This document shows positions 12,600-23,865 of a DNA stretch of 64,000 nt, one piece after another. This stretch comes from Raillietiella orientalis. Lineage: Eukaryota. A program made the translations under genes and the position numbers. Each line of letters opens with the position of its first letter. Position 1 is the stretch's first letter. The notes below the pieces were generated by a model that had not been told where the DNA came from, did not search any database, and was given only the letters and a program-made list of their open reading frames with translations. The stretch is taken from positions 992,001 through 1,056,000 of the forward strand of contig JAYWIR010000042.1 in the NCBI GenBank assembly GCA_036172245.1, given 5' to 3'.

Positions 12600-14080
12600 T
12601 GAAGTGCCCGGAAGTCACCGAAGCGCACTCCGATGTGTCGGACCTTTTTTTTTTTTAGAGAGCCCTACGCACAACTCCACGACTCTGAGACACCAAGCCG
12701 ACCATGTAAATGAGGTTGAGTGCCTAGGAATCCTCATCGTGCGAGCCTCGGTTGCGCAAATCCTGTGGAAAGAAATCTTGGAAAAGCCAACGAGGAAGCC
12801 ACAAGGTACGACTTCAACGCGCGAAGCAGAGGACCGACTCGTGGAACAGCGTGCTCCTTCCTAAAGTGCTCTTCGGTACCACGTTCTGCCCAGTGGGTGA
12901 GAAGACGAGCTGCAAAAGAAAGATCCTCTGGAGAGAACGCGGGCAGCAGGTCAGGCCGAAACCATGCTGCCTGCGAGAGGAAGGTAGGACTGGGATGGGA
13001 TCTCTGGAGCAATCCGTGCAAATCTTGGATGCGAGGCAACTGCAGGACCTCACCAACGGCAGGAACTAGTGACCTTTATGGGGCGCACGGAGCCTACTCG
13101 AAGCTGGTCGATAACTCGAAGGGCCGATGTCAGCCCAAACAGGCAAACATGGGGAGACGGGGGAAGTATCGACCCCACGTGGGAGCGAAAAACAGGCACT
13201 GGTGGTGAGTCACCGCTTTAAGGTAGTGGTCTCGAAGCAAGGAAGTACAGCAGGAAGAAGTGATCATGGTGATTTCACATTTCGTGAGGATCCCTCGAGA
13301 AACATAGAAATGGACGATCTAGAGACCAAGGATGACTATCCATGAGTGCGAACAGTTCTCAACGGGTGGCAACGGCAATAAAATGCGACTACACCCCTGC
13401 ATCACGGAAATGATGAGAAGATTCTCTCACAGGACCCGGGAACTCTGCAAACATCCAGCAACCATTGCGTGGCGTCTGACCACCAGAGCCAACATCCGCT
13501 ATGACATGTAGGGTAAGCAGAAAAATGACACACTTGACCAGGCCGCCAATCGCGATGGGATTCGAAACGTGAACCTGCCTAGCGGTTGGTGCAACGACAT
13601 GGAGGGGCAACCAGCCACCGGCACTCGGGTGAACTCTCGATGTTTCACCATGGAAGAATATTGAGTTGCTACAGGCTGAAATGCTGGACAGGCAACAGCC
13701 AAGACAAGTTGAGCAAGGCATGCGGAAACCCAGCTTCAGGTTCTCACCTGCCCAACGCTGCACCAGGATTGCGCGACGCTGGAGGCGGCGATAGTATGAA
13801 AGATGTTCAATAAATTCACCCCACCTCTGGTCGGACCGGACAAAAACAAGCGTTGGGGTTGCACCCCTGAGCCACGCGGGCCTTGGTCCCCATGTCCATG
13901 GTTGTTTTGGAGGTAGCATAGAAGACCTCCCAAGAAAGACCCAATGAGGCTCTTTTCCCATTGTCGCCACCAACACCGGCCCGATTCGAAGGAACACTTC
14001 TCCCCCGTGAGTTTCCCGTGGAGGCTCCATGTCATCCCTCACGAGGAACATGAAGTAACTTCTCTTAACAGACCAAGTCT
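12600..14080 (+). mobile_element. Degenerate non-LTR gag/APE endonuclease fragment (R1/I/Jockey-like)
   Basis: PLVGPDKNKRWGCTPEPRG at ~13825-13880 resembles the GDFNA..WG....RG endonuclease motif. Decayed knuckle-like NC...GAHGAYSK lies upstream at ~13040-13105. Confidence 0.4.
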
Positions 14081-14912
14081 CACTAAAGGCAAGCACCAAC
14101 TTGTCGAACTCCTAGGGTGAGCTGATAATCTCCAGATGCGGCGACTGTGGAAGTGTCGGTCCACGAATCACGTCCGCATGCTCCTCTCACATGAGCCGAA
14201 GGGAGAACGGAGACCCTCGGAAACCCTCGGAAATTCATTGCCTTAGGGACGATCGATCCTATTCCCGACTTATTTAATTGCCGACTCCTCCTCTTCTCCC
14301 CCCAGTGCTCCCCAGTCCTGTCTCCAGCGAGAGTAGTGCCTTTCCTCCCAGAGCTGCACATGTATTCATTTCGGCCCTTGGGTTTTTTATTTGTTCATCC
14401 CTTTTCCAAAAAAGCAGAAAACTGGGGTGAGAAGCGAGCATGCTTCCAAGCTCCCAAGCAGGAGAGCCGTCTTGAGAAGGAAGAGAAGCAAGTGGGTGGT
14501 GCATTTATGTAAGGTGTAACCAAGGTGTCAGCAAGCAGCTAGAGATGAGCTCCTCCTCTCCCATGGACTGCGGCTGCAGATGGCTTGGTTTCCAAGGTGC
14601 AAGAATGCCGGCTCCATGAAACAGCAAGTTTTCCGCGAATCCCTGCTGCACGGGGCGAGAAGCCCGTTGCCTTGTTAACCTCACACGTGAAGCTCGGGCG
14701 AACAAGCGGGACACAGTAGGGGAATAAACGATCAGATTCTCGGAAGGATGCGGTTAGATATCGCTTCTTCTTCCATGTCCTGACCAGTGCCAGGAGACTG
14801 CACCAAACATTGCGACGCAAGATCTCTTCGGGAAACGCCGCATTAATCGACAGCGAAAAATCTGGGAACTGCTCGGCTTCCGTGACGGCTCTTCCTGACC
14901 GTGCGGAGGGAC

Positions 14913-14913
<1 letters not shown>

Positions 14914-14986
<73 letters not shown>
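14914..14986. repeat. Compound (CA)n(GA)n microsatellite
   Basis: Directly visible dinucleotide runs. Confidence 0.97.
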
Positions 14987-14989
<3 letters not shown>

Positions 14990-16449
14990 ATCTGAAACGT
15001 TTTCGGACGAATCGCTAGGAAACGGAGGCACGCCGGGTATCTCGTCGCAAAAGGAGATGTGCTTGCGAGGACTTTGAGGCCGTCGTGCAGGTCCCCGACT
15101 CACGGTTCCATGAGCATGGGAAACGCCACATTGACGTGGTCTCCAGAGAAGGGCCGGGTACCGGAATTCATCTCACGCCTTTCATTATGTTAAATCAAAA
15201 TATTTTCTTACGCTGGAGAAAGGAAATAAAATTCTTCCCGCGTGTGTTTATCCCTTTTCGTGGACCGAAGCAGCTAACTGTTTACTGGCAGTGTAACCTG
15301 GCAACGGTAGCACTCCGAAACTTTCAGCACTCCCACCTCGATTAACACGGAATTGCATTCGTTGGGACGGAGCTTGCCTCGATGTCTGCTGCGCTTAGAA
15401 GTTCCCGTCGCTTGCAACTTCTTCCCAAAAGCAGTGCTCGGAAATCCGTCTCCTGGAGCCTCGTCGACACGGCATCTGGAATTTTCCCGTGCCGTGGTTT
15501 GCCGCGAAAGCCAAACGGAGTCCATGCGGGAGCCGCTCAAGCGCGAAAGTGAATGATGCGGAGAGCTGGAGCTTCTGGCAAAAGCGGAGGAGGGATTCCA
15601 AGCCTATTAGATGCTCCTACGTGGTCCCAGAAAAACGGAAAGGCTCACAGAACTCTGGAGCGTCTCGCAGGAAGCCCGCTCCTGTTCCGCGATGCGAAAA
15701 GGGATCGATCTCCCAGCTTCCTCGAGATGGTGAATCCTCAGTGGCACTCGAGGTTGGCCACGTCGGCCTCTTCCGCCGCCTTATACACTCAGACGCAGAA
15801 CGTGAATTTATCGAAGCCGTCGCCTCGAAATTGGTTCGCTGCAAACGAACCCACTGTATCAATCAGTGGTGAGGGTTGCAGCGAAGGAGAGACCCAGTCA
15901 TCTGCTCGTGCATGTGCGGGTGGATGTGACAAGGTGAGTGACGTATCCGCATTGCAAGAAGCGCTTCACAAAGTGCCCTCTACGCTCCTTCACCCTCTGC
16001 ATTTCAAGTGCACGGTGACTTTTCCATCATGCTTCCAATGCAGCTGCAAGTCTCCCTCCTCTTTTGTCTGCCTCTGTCTAATGCTTTTCCATTAGTCCCT
16101 TCGAGAGTTCATCCTCATCGCATAGTGAACAGCAAGACAACAACTCCAGTCGCAGCAACTGGTACTGCATGAACTGCGAAGCTGAGGAAAACAGCTCCCT
16201 ATAAAAAAAACAGGTATTTTTTCATTCCTTGCTAACCCGTAAAGGTGCAACTACTTTTTCTTCTTCCAGAATTTGTTCCAGGAGAATCAAATAAATGCCC
16301 GTAATGTCTAATTCTGGTCCTGCGATGACCCTGCAGCAGCAGGGAGATCTCGGCCCTCTTCTGTTGTTGTTTACAGATTCTTACGTTCCACCGATTCTTA
16401 GATATTTTCTTTTTCTTTTTTTTTTTTAAGCACATTCGCGGTCCTTCTT

Positions 16450-19400
16450 ACTCCCACTTTATTGGTGTTCTTCTTTCTGTCTCAGTCCTCAAGTGCCCTC
16501 CGGGTTTTCCTCCACCCGCTTTCCTGGAATGCACCTTTCGTTTTTTCGCTTGCGACGGACTGCTCGTTGTCGATGCAGGCTCCAGAGCATCTTCTGGAAA
16601 AATCGTTGTCACTGCCTTCCAGATGACAGTCTTTTGCTTGGCAGGTGAGAACCTCTTGCGAGCGATGACCCAGAGTCTTGCACCTGGGTTTCCCTCTTTC
16701 GTGGACACGCAGCGTTTGATGTGGCTCCCAGAACACGCGGCCTCCTTTCGATGGCCAGTAAATTCCGCTCTTGATTCTCGAGGTTGTCGCCAGCACACCA
16801 GCAGCGCGGTCACTTTGGATGCTGTGGGAGTTCCTGTCTCTGATGCACGTTCCTCTCCTTGGAAAGCTGAGGTTCCTCGACAGGGACTCACTTTTCAGAA
16901 GTTCCCTGGAGCGTCCCCTCGTGAATGTTTTGCTTTGCTGGCGGGAAGGAGGAGTTTCCGTCCTCATCGCTCTTGCCTCTATTGCGCGAAGGGAGGAACG
17001 AACCAAGTTTGCATCCTTTTCCATAGTAACAGGTCCTATTTTGTCGTGCATCTAGAATCGAAGATCTGGAGTGCCTTTATTACGACCGTCGTCTTTCTCT
17101 GGAAGCTGAGATCCCGGAGAATCTTCAGATTGCTGAGGCGGCAGAAGTGAAGGGTGTTGAGGAGCAGCTCGCGCTATTGGAAAGAAGCGCTGAGCAGACT
17201 CGCGCTGGTGGCCTCCTGGCTCAAGGGCCAGAGCCCCCCTCTTAGGATGAATGAATCTTTCCTTCTCCCTGGATGCACCCGCGGAGCTTTTCATCTGTGA
17301 ACGAAAGGATTGCTGGCTCTGCGAGTCCTCACAGTACACAAAGAGCCCCAAGAAACGGCGGAGACATCGTCCGCGCCCTTTCGCGGTCTCGACCCACTTT
17401 TGACAGCGGAAGTCCCCTCGCTCGGGGATCTCCAGGCGCCGACGAAAAGGCAGGAATCTTCCCGGAAATGCTGGAATCCCTCTCTCCCGGCCGTCGCCAC
17501 GGTTCTTCCTACTCGAGCGTCCGCCAGAAGAAACTGCTCCAGGAGAGGCAGCGTGTGGCATGCAGCCTTTCACTTCACTACTGCGCCGTCCTAATGGACC
17601 GTGCCGGGTTTCCATGGATCGCGAGCGATCCCCAATTTAGCAAGCCACTGGACCCCATCGCGAAGGCAAGAACGCGATGCTGGAAGAACGCGTCCTCCGC
17701 ACCGCTGGGGGAAGCGCTAAGCGGACGAGCGACCCGTGGAACCGCTCACACCGGCGACCCAAGGAATAAGTGAGATCTCCATCCCATCCTCCCGATGCTC
17801 CCGGAACGCAACCATTGGTGATGGAGCCGCATCTTTCCTTCCGCTGTGCGAAGTGGTCGCTGCGCGTCGCGGTAGGGCAGCCCCCGAGCCGCAGACGGAA
17901 CGGACGTCTAATGAGCTGCAGCCGCAAACGGATCCAGGGAATGCGTTCCATTAGCGAGGGAGCAAGGAGGATCCGCAGTCCGGTCGCTGCGCACGGCGCT
18001 CCCCGACGACTTCGGGGAAGATCGATGCGACCCGCTCCGCCGGCTCGCGGGCAGCGACGGTGCGATCGCGGGGCTGCTGTGCCCTCCGTGGGCGCGCACG
18101 GGGAGGGCCGACGGACACGAAGCGGAAAACCCTCCAGGGCGAGGGAGGGACGGTCCACCCTCCCGCCTCCCTCGATGTCCCTCCAGGGTTCGCTACGTCG
18201 GAGGCCGCACGTCTGAGGAGCGGTTCGCGCGCGAGGCACCAGAGATCGCAGGTTCAAATCCCGCCCGGGGCGGGGCATCGACGCTGAGAATGAAAGTGAA
18301 TGGGTTGCCTCGAAGATTTTGAGTTTCCCCCGCGAGATGACGCTTGCTGACCCATAATCGGGTGCAGCACTGGTAGAAGCTCTTAAAAACCGGATACCCC
18401 GATGAGTGGCTGGGATGGAAAGTCAACTCTCTGGAAGTCCTTCCAGAAATCAAGGGGTCAGCTCCCTTCAGGTTCTCCTCCGGTTGTGCAAAGGGAACTT
18501 TCCCCTTACCCCTCAGGGGGGGAGGGGGACTTTCCATCTCGTACCACTGAGCTGGTGGTGGATGGATCCTTCTCCAGCGTGTGAAGAGGCCTCCAGGCAA
18601 AATGGGAAGCATCCCTCCAGGGCTTTCTTCAGAGGAGGAGGAAACCAGGAGCGGTTCCTTCGCTGGTTCCCTCCGGAGAAGCAATTCTCGAAGAGAATCC
18701 TTCTTGGGTCCCTTCGGGGAAGAAACTAAGGAGTCGCTCCCTCCAGTGAGAATCAGGAAGGGGTTCCCTACCAAGCATGAGAGGAAAGAACTCCTTCCTC
18801 TGGAGTCTTTCCTGGATTCGTGGAGAGGACCCCTCCCGGGGTGACCCTCCACAGCTTGAAGAGTCACTTGGTGAGGGTGTGCGGCTCCAGCATCAGGGAC
18901 AGCGTCCCTGGAGGAAAACGAAATGATGCTCCCGCCAGGCTGCACCGTCACCTCCCTCCCCCCTTCCTTGCCCCTTCCTGGAGTTCATTCTCAAAGGAGG
19001 GGTAAGAGCGAACGTGTAGGAGCTCTGGGTATGGATGGACGATGGAGAAGCAGGCATGGAGCAGGGGGGCCGTGGTTGGAATCGGCATCCAGGAAGGCCA
19101 ACTACCCAGTCTGGGAGACCCTCCACTTTTTCGGACCTCCCGAAGGGGAACCGAAAACGAGTTCTTCCTGGGAGGCTACTCCCTACTCTGTTCTCTCCTC
19201 CTCCTCCTTTTTTTTCCTCCCTTCCCCGTGTTTCCACGCTGACGGGTACTATCTTGTTTTCCTCCGGTCGGAGGAGCACCCGGTGTCCGGCTTCCCCGAA
19301 GAGTCGCTTTTGTCTCGAGCTGGAGGTGCGCGTTCGGTCGGGGTGAGTCCTGGGCGCTCCCCCGAAGAATACGAGCCGGAGCGAGCGCTGCTGCCAGGAT

Positions 19401-21250
19401 GACCTGAAAGGTCTCGGGCGTCTGAGGAATGAACCTTCCTCGGAGGCGCTGTCTTTCTCTTCCGATCTGGGACTATCTCCCCTTCCCCGTTGGCGGAAAA
19501 AGTCGAGCAATGGGTCCCGGGGGGGGGGGTATTTCCTGGGAGGACGCCAGGATGAGCGGTCTGCCACCGACACACAGACCCGTCCGCGTCCTGAGGGCAG
19601 TCCAGGGGGAGCGTGTCGGCGCGGGAGTTCGTCCCGGAGTTCCTCCAGGAGCGGCAGGAAGGGTGCGGGTGCCCTTCCTTCGCGTCTCCCCGTCCCCCGT
19701 GCGTAAAGAGCGGCCCTGCGGGATGGGGCTGTCTGCCACTACCACCGAGAGCGTTTCGGAGTCCCATGGGTGCCGGGACGCTTCTGGAAGGAAGGAAGGA
19801 AGGGAGTCTATTCTTTCCCTTTTCCCTATCCTGCGTTCTTGCGAGAAGCGCCTGGAACCGTCGAGTACCTCCGGACTCTTGGATGGACACCTGCGGGGCG
19901 GTCACCCTTTGGAACCAGGCGGTCCAGTTGCCGTCAGAAGCGGAGAGGAGGGCAGCCTGGAACCTCCTCGGCCCCCTCCACTTCCCTCTGCCTCTGCAGG
20001 TGGAAGCCGCCGAGGCTCTCTCCTCTCTATCTGCCGCCCCGATCCTTGCTGGGAAGGGAGCGGGGACGGAAGGGACGAGGGAGTTACACGAGAGGGCGTG
20101 GCGGCGACGGGATCTCCCGTGCGCATCGGGAGGAATGCGATCCCAGGCATCTTCCAGGAGTCGCCCACGCGAGGCGTCCCCTCATCCGTCCCAGGGGCGG
20201 CGGAGGAGTGGTGAAAGGGAAGTGGAGGGGGAAGGGGAGGCTGAGGCGGTTCCCGCAAACATTCCTCCGCCTCGTCACGCTCGACGCTCCTCGGGTTGCA
20301 AGGGCGTGGGAAGGGAGGAAACGCCCTTCCCCCCCCCCCTCCCTTCCTTCTCCAAGTGGGCTACGCGCGCGCGACCTCCTCCCAATGAGGCGAGATGACT
20401 CCCTCCCCTAAACTTCCCCTCCGATCCCTCTTCGCTCCCCACCCACCAGGGGAGGGCCGGGAGGGGAAGGAGCGTAGTCCCTGTCGAATGCGCGACTTCC
20501 CGAGGCGCCTCGGCCGGTCAGATGATGAGGCTTCCCCTCCCCCACCTCCTCCCCGTCGCGGCTGGCGACTCGGGGGACCCGCCGCCGCCCAATCGGGTGG
20601 GGTGGGAAGGAGGCCGCGAAAAGGGGCGGAGGACTGGAAAGAAGGAAAGACACGCCGTCAGTTCCCAAAGGAGACCCGGAATCTCTCGCCGCCGTTCCCT
20701 CTCGGTTTGGCTCCCGAGGTCCTCTTTTCTTCCCCCTCCTTCTCCCCTGGAAACCACGCCATCCCGACGGACACAAATTCGTTCCTTCGCTCTTCCTGAA
20801 GACCCGCGACAGGATGCTCGCCCGCTGGGGCGGCCTTGGGTGGCAGCGCTCCTTCGGCAAATGCGGCGGGATCGCCAGCGGAGCTGCAGGCGCACTTGCC
20901 GGTTCCGGCGTCTCCCAGAACCAGAGGACAAGGGAAGGAAGAAATCGGGAACGGTAATGGCGGCGAGGGCTACTCCAAACTTCCTCCGGTCGCTAAGGTT
21001 TCCCCTTTCCATCTCTTCGATTACTTACGGGAAAGGGCCGACGGGGGTGGTCCTTCCCGCAGGACCGGCAGTGCCGACAATCGTTGCCTTCCCCACCTCG
21101 GCACTCGGAGCCGCGAACCGCCCCAGCGAGGAAAAGAAGAAAACAAGAAGCAAAGGGAGGCTGCTGCTGGTTTGCCTGAGCTGAGGATGGTGCTCATCGG
21201 GCGGAAGAAGGCGGGCGCCAACGGTCTTCTTCTCCGAAGTCATTAGCCTC
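16450..21250 (-). mobile_element. Decayed, near full-length I/Jockey-like non-LTR element (gag, APE, RT)
   Basis: Order on the minus strand: knuckle remnants GHPHPSC...C...C...HP (~19550-19680); endonuclease motifs RKGQGRGEGG, PFLILTGGSD, SSGYPVF (~18390-19000); RT motifs AGDNL (YADD-like, ~16780-16795) and LW...RFSPAK. Confidence 0.5.
18238..18272 (+). pseudogene. tRNA 3'-half-like fragment (Arg-like T-arm/B-box plus acceptor 3' strand)
   Basis: ACCAGAGATCGCAGGTTCAAATCCCGCCCGGGGCG contains the GGTTCRAATCC B-box and resembles metazoan tRNA-Arg 3' halves. No adjacent D-arm or 5' half. Confidence 0.4.
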
Positions 21251-23123
21251 CGGGCAGGGTCGCCTGAGTGGACGTCGCTGCCCCGGCCGCTGGACCGAAA
21301 AGGAAGCAGCAGCAGATGGCGGTGTCGAGCAGCCGCTGTCCCGTGCCGCTGCACAAGAACGAAGACAGCGTGTAGGCGGCGGTGCCTCTTATGCTAGCAG
21401 CGAGGATCTCTGAGCAACGGACAGGATGGAGAAGTGAGGAGAGGGGACCTCAGTTCTGCCTTTCCTCTACTAAAGCACCCAGAACGTGTTGCTACTTCTC
21501 TCTCTCCTTCTGTGCCTGTGATTCCGTGCCCCCCGGAGAAGAATGGGAGCCCTCTTTCGGAGGCACGATTCCCGAAGACCCTCCCGGGACAGGTCTCCCT
21601 GGGGAGAGCGATTGCGGTGGCCTTCATCCTTCGATGGCCGTCTTCGAGAGGGAGGGTTTACGCCCCAACGACAGCAGCAGAACGACGACGTTGGCCATCG
21701 CGCCGCCAGTGTCCGGCCCCAGCGGAGCGCCGGTTTGTTGGAGATCTCTTGCATCTAGAGATGGACAGCCCTCTCTGTGAATCCCGCAAGGAAGCACCAG
21801 AATGCGAAAGTCCGGGGAAGTTGCCGCCAGTTTGTTCCCTCCTCCACAACCCTGGAAGGCAGGAAGCAAATGTCTCTAAAAAGCGCAACAGAAGGGAACT
21901 CCTCCAAAAGAGTGGCCACGTTCCCGACTGCTCCAGTCGACAGCGGGATGCCTCACCATATGGGAAGATTTTAAGCAGGAAATCCCCCGCGCTCTCCTTC
22001 TTCCTCCTTCCCACCCCTTCCTACCTTTTCATCTCTTCCATCATTTCACCTTTTCCTCTCCCTCCGTTCTCTCTCCCTCCGGCCTCCTTCCTTCTCCTCC
22101 TCTTTCTTCCCTCCGTTCGACATGCATCTTTGGTGGTGCCGACGGCTACGTGTCTCTTCCTGCACGTGTTTCCAGGAGCGACCGCTCTGAGATGGGAGGC
22201 GACCGGCTCCAGACGTGGTGACGGTGCTCAGAGCTTGCTCGACGCCGGGAAGAGCGAGGGGTGCGCAGTGCCTTTCGTGAAAACGCCGCCGTGGCGAAAC
22301 GCAACGCAAAAAGCTACGACTACCGCGGATAGGACCTCCCCAAGAAAGACGGAAGGGAATCATACCGGTGTTAACGGTCCGGATGCTGCGTCAAAGGCAG
22401 CAGCGCAGAAAATTGCGAAACACGGATGACCCATGGGACGGAGAAAAGGGGAACTGACACAGCGAAGCTCCAAGACGGAGCGCTCTCTGGCTCCTGCTGC
22501 TGCGGGGAGAACGGAAGGGTGAACGACTCGTTCGGCGGAAGCGGGGGGTCTCTGGCAAGCACCTACGTGCGGCGCCGGCACACGTGCGGTGGCACTGCGT
22601 GCGGAGTCCGGAACCGGGGCACACGGGCCGCCATAGCGTGCAGGCTCTGGAGCCAAGGCTCCGTAGCTAATCATAGAAATTGTGGCGGACAGATCGGGAG
22701 CCGTAGAAACGGATCCCATTAACAGATGTATCCGCCACAGGATTTCTTGTACATTTGCTACGCGACGTACACGCCGGGCTGCTAAATGAGAATGAGGAAT
22801 GAGATGGTAATGGATGAGAATTCCCAGTTCGCCCGAAAAAATTGAAACTCCAACCCAAAACGATCCCCGCACGCCATTCAGAGCATCATTAGCAACCTTC
22901 TCTTTTTATGGGGAGGACATCATTCCGGAAATAAGAAATCGCGTGCCTGTAGTAAACGTTCTCGTTGTCGAAGTGAGCGCCCCGAGGCATTTCCTCGGAG
23001 GTTGCTGCCTGCCTTCGACCGTCCGAGGCCTGAGGGTGCACCCTCGCCTCGTGCAGGAGCCGCAAAAACCCCCGCGTCGCCTACGCCGTGAGGGCAGTAC
23101 CGCTCCAATCCGTCCGTCCTCCG

Positions 23124-23156
23124 TCCGGATGCATCCCCGGCGGGGATGCATCCGGA
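23124..23156. repeat. Perfect 15-bp inverted repeat with 3-nt loop
   Basis: TCCGGATGCATCCCC-GGC-GGGGATGCATCCGGA. Confidence 0.95.
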
Positions 23157-23652
23157 GCCACCTGCGTGTCGTGCGCCCGCCCTCCCTGGGGAAGACAACG
23201 GCTTGCCAAAAACGCGAGCGAAGCCCCGCGGTCAGCCGAATCCGCGTCAAACCGACCGGTCGGAGTCGTCGACGAAAGTCGAGTTCCCCCCAGGATGGCG
23301 GCCACCTGGTTGTCGATCCTCGCCTCTTTGCGCCTCCCGACCTCCGGGGCTCTCTCTCCGGGGCGTGATCACGTGATCTGCGTACCCCTGTGACTGGCAT
23401 CGACCCGGGGCCGGTCTAGCGCGCCTCCGCGCGCACGTTCGGCGGCGACGCCTTCCAGAGTGGGGAGCGCGGAAGCAGCGCCTCGTCGGGAGGCTAGCAT
23501 CTACAGGTCCGTCGTCATCCTGCATCCGGATGTCCTTAGCTTCCTGACGTACGACACAGGGGCGTAGGGCAATCGGAACTCCCCAAGTACAGAAGACCCC
23601 AGGGACTGAGGGGATTTGTGTAAGGATGGAGGTTGTGACCATGACCTCCTGA

Positions 23653-23865
23653 ATGGAGTGTCGAAGAGGGGGGGTACCTGCCGACCACCCCAAAGCGCGC
23701 GGAAGGGAGCAACACGAATCTACAGAGTACTTGGGTCCTCTTGAGCTTTCAGGGACGATCAGAGGGAGCTCCCGCATGGATCCAGCATACACGGCAAATG
23801 CCCGTCGCCTGTTGCACCTCCGAAAAGTAGAGAACGGAAGGTTGCCGCAGCAGCTGCGGGGCTGA
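23653..23865 (+). mobile_element. Non-LTR RT domain 7/thumb fragment
   Basis: EYLGPLEL...ANARRLLHLRKV matches the YLG....L.W......A.RRL..LRKL pattern of CR1/L2/I-group RTs. Confidence 0.5.
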
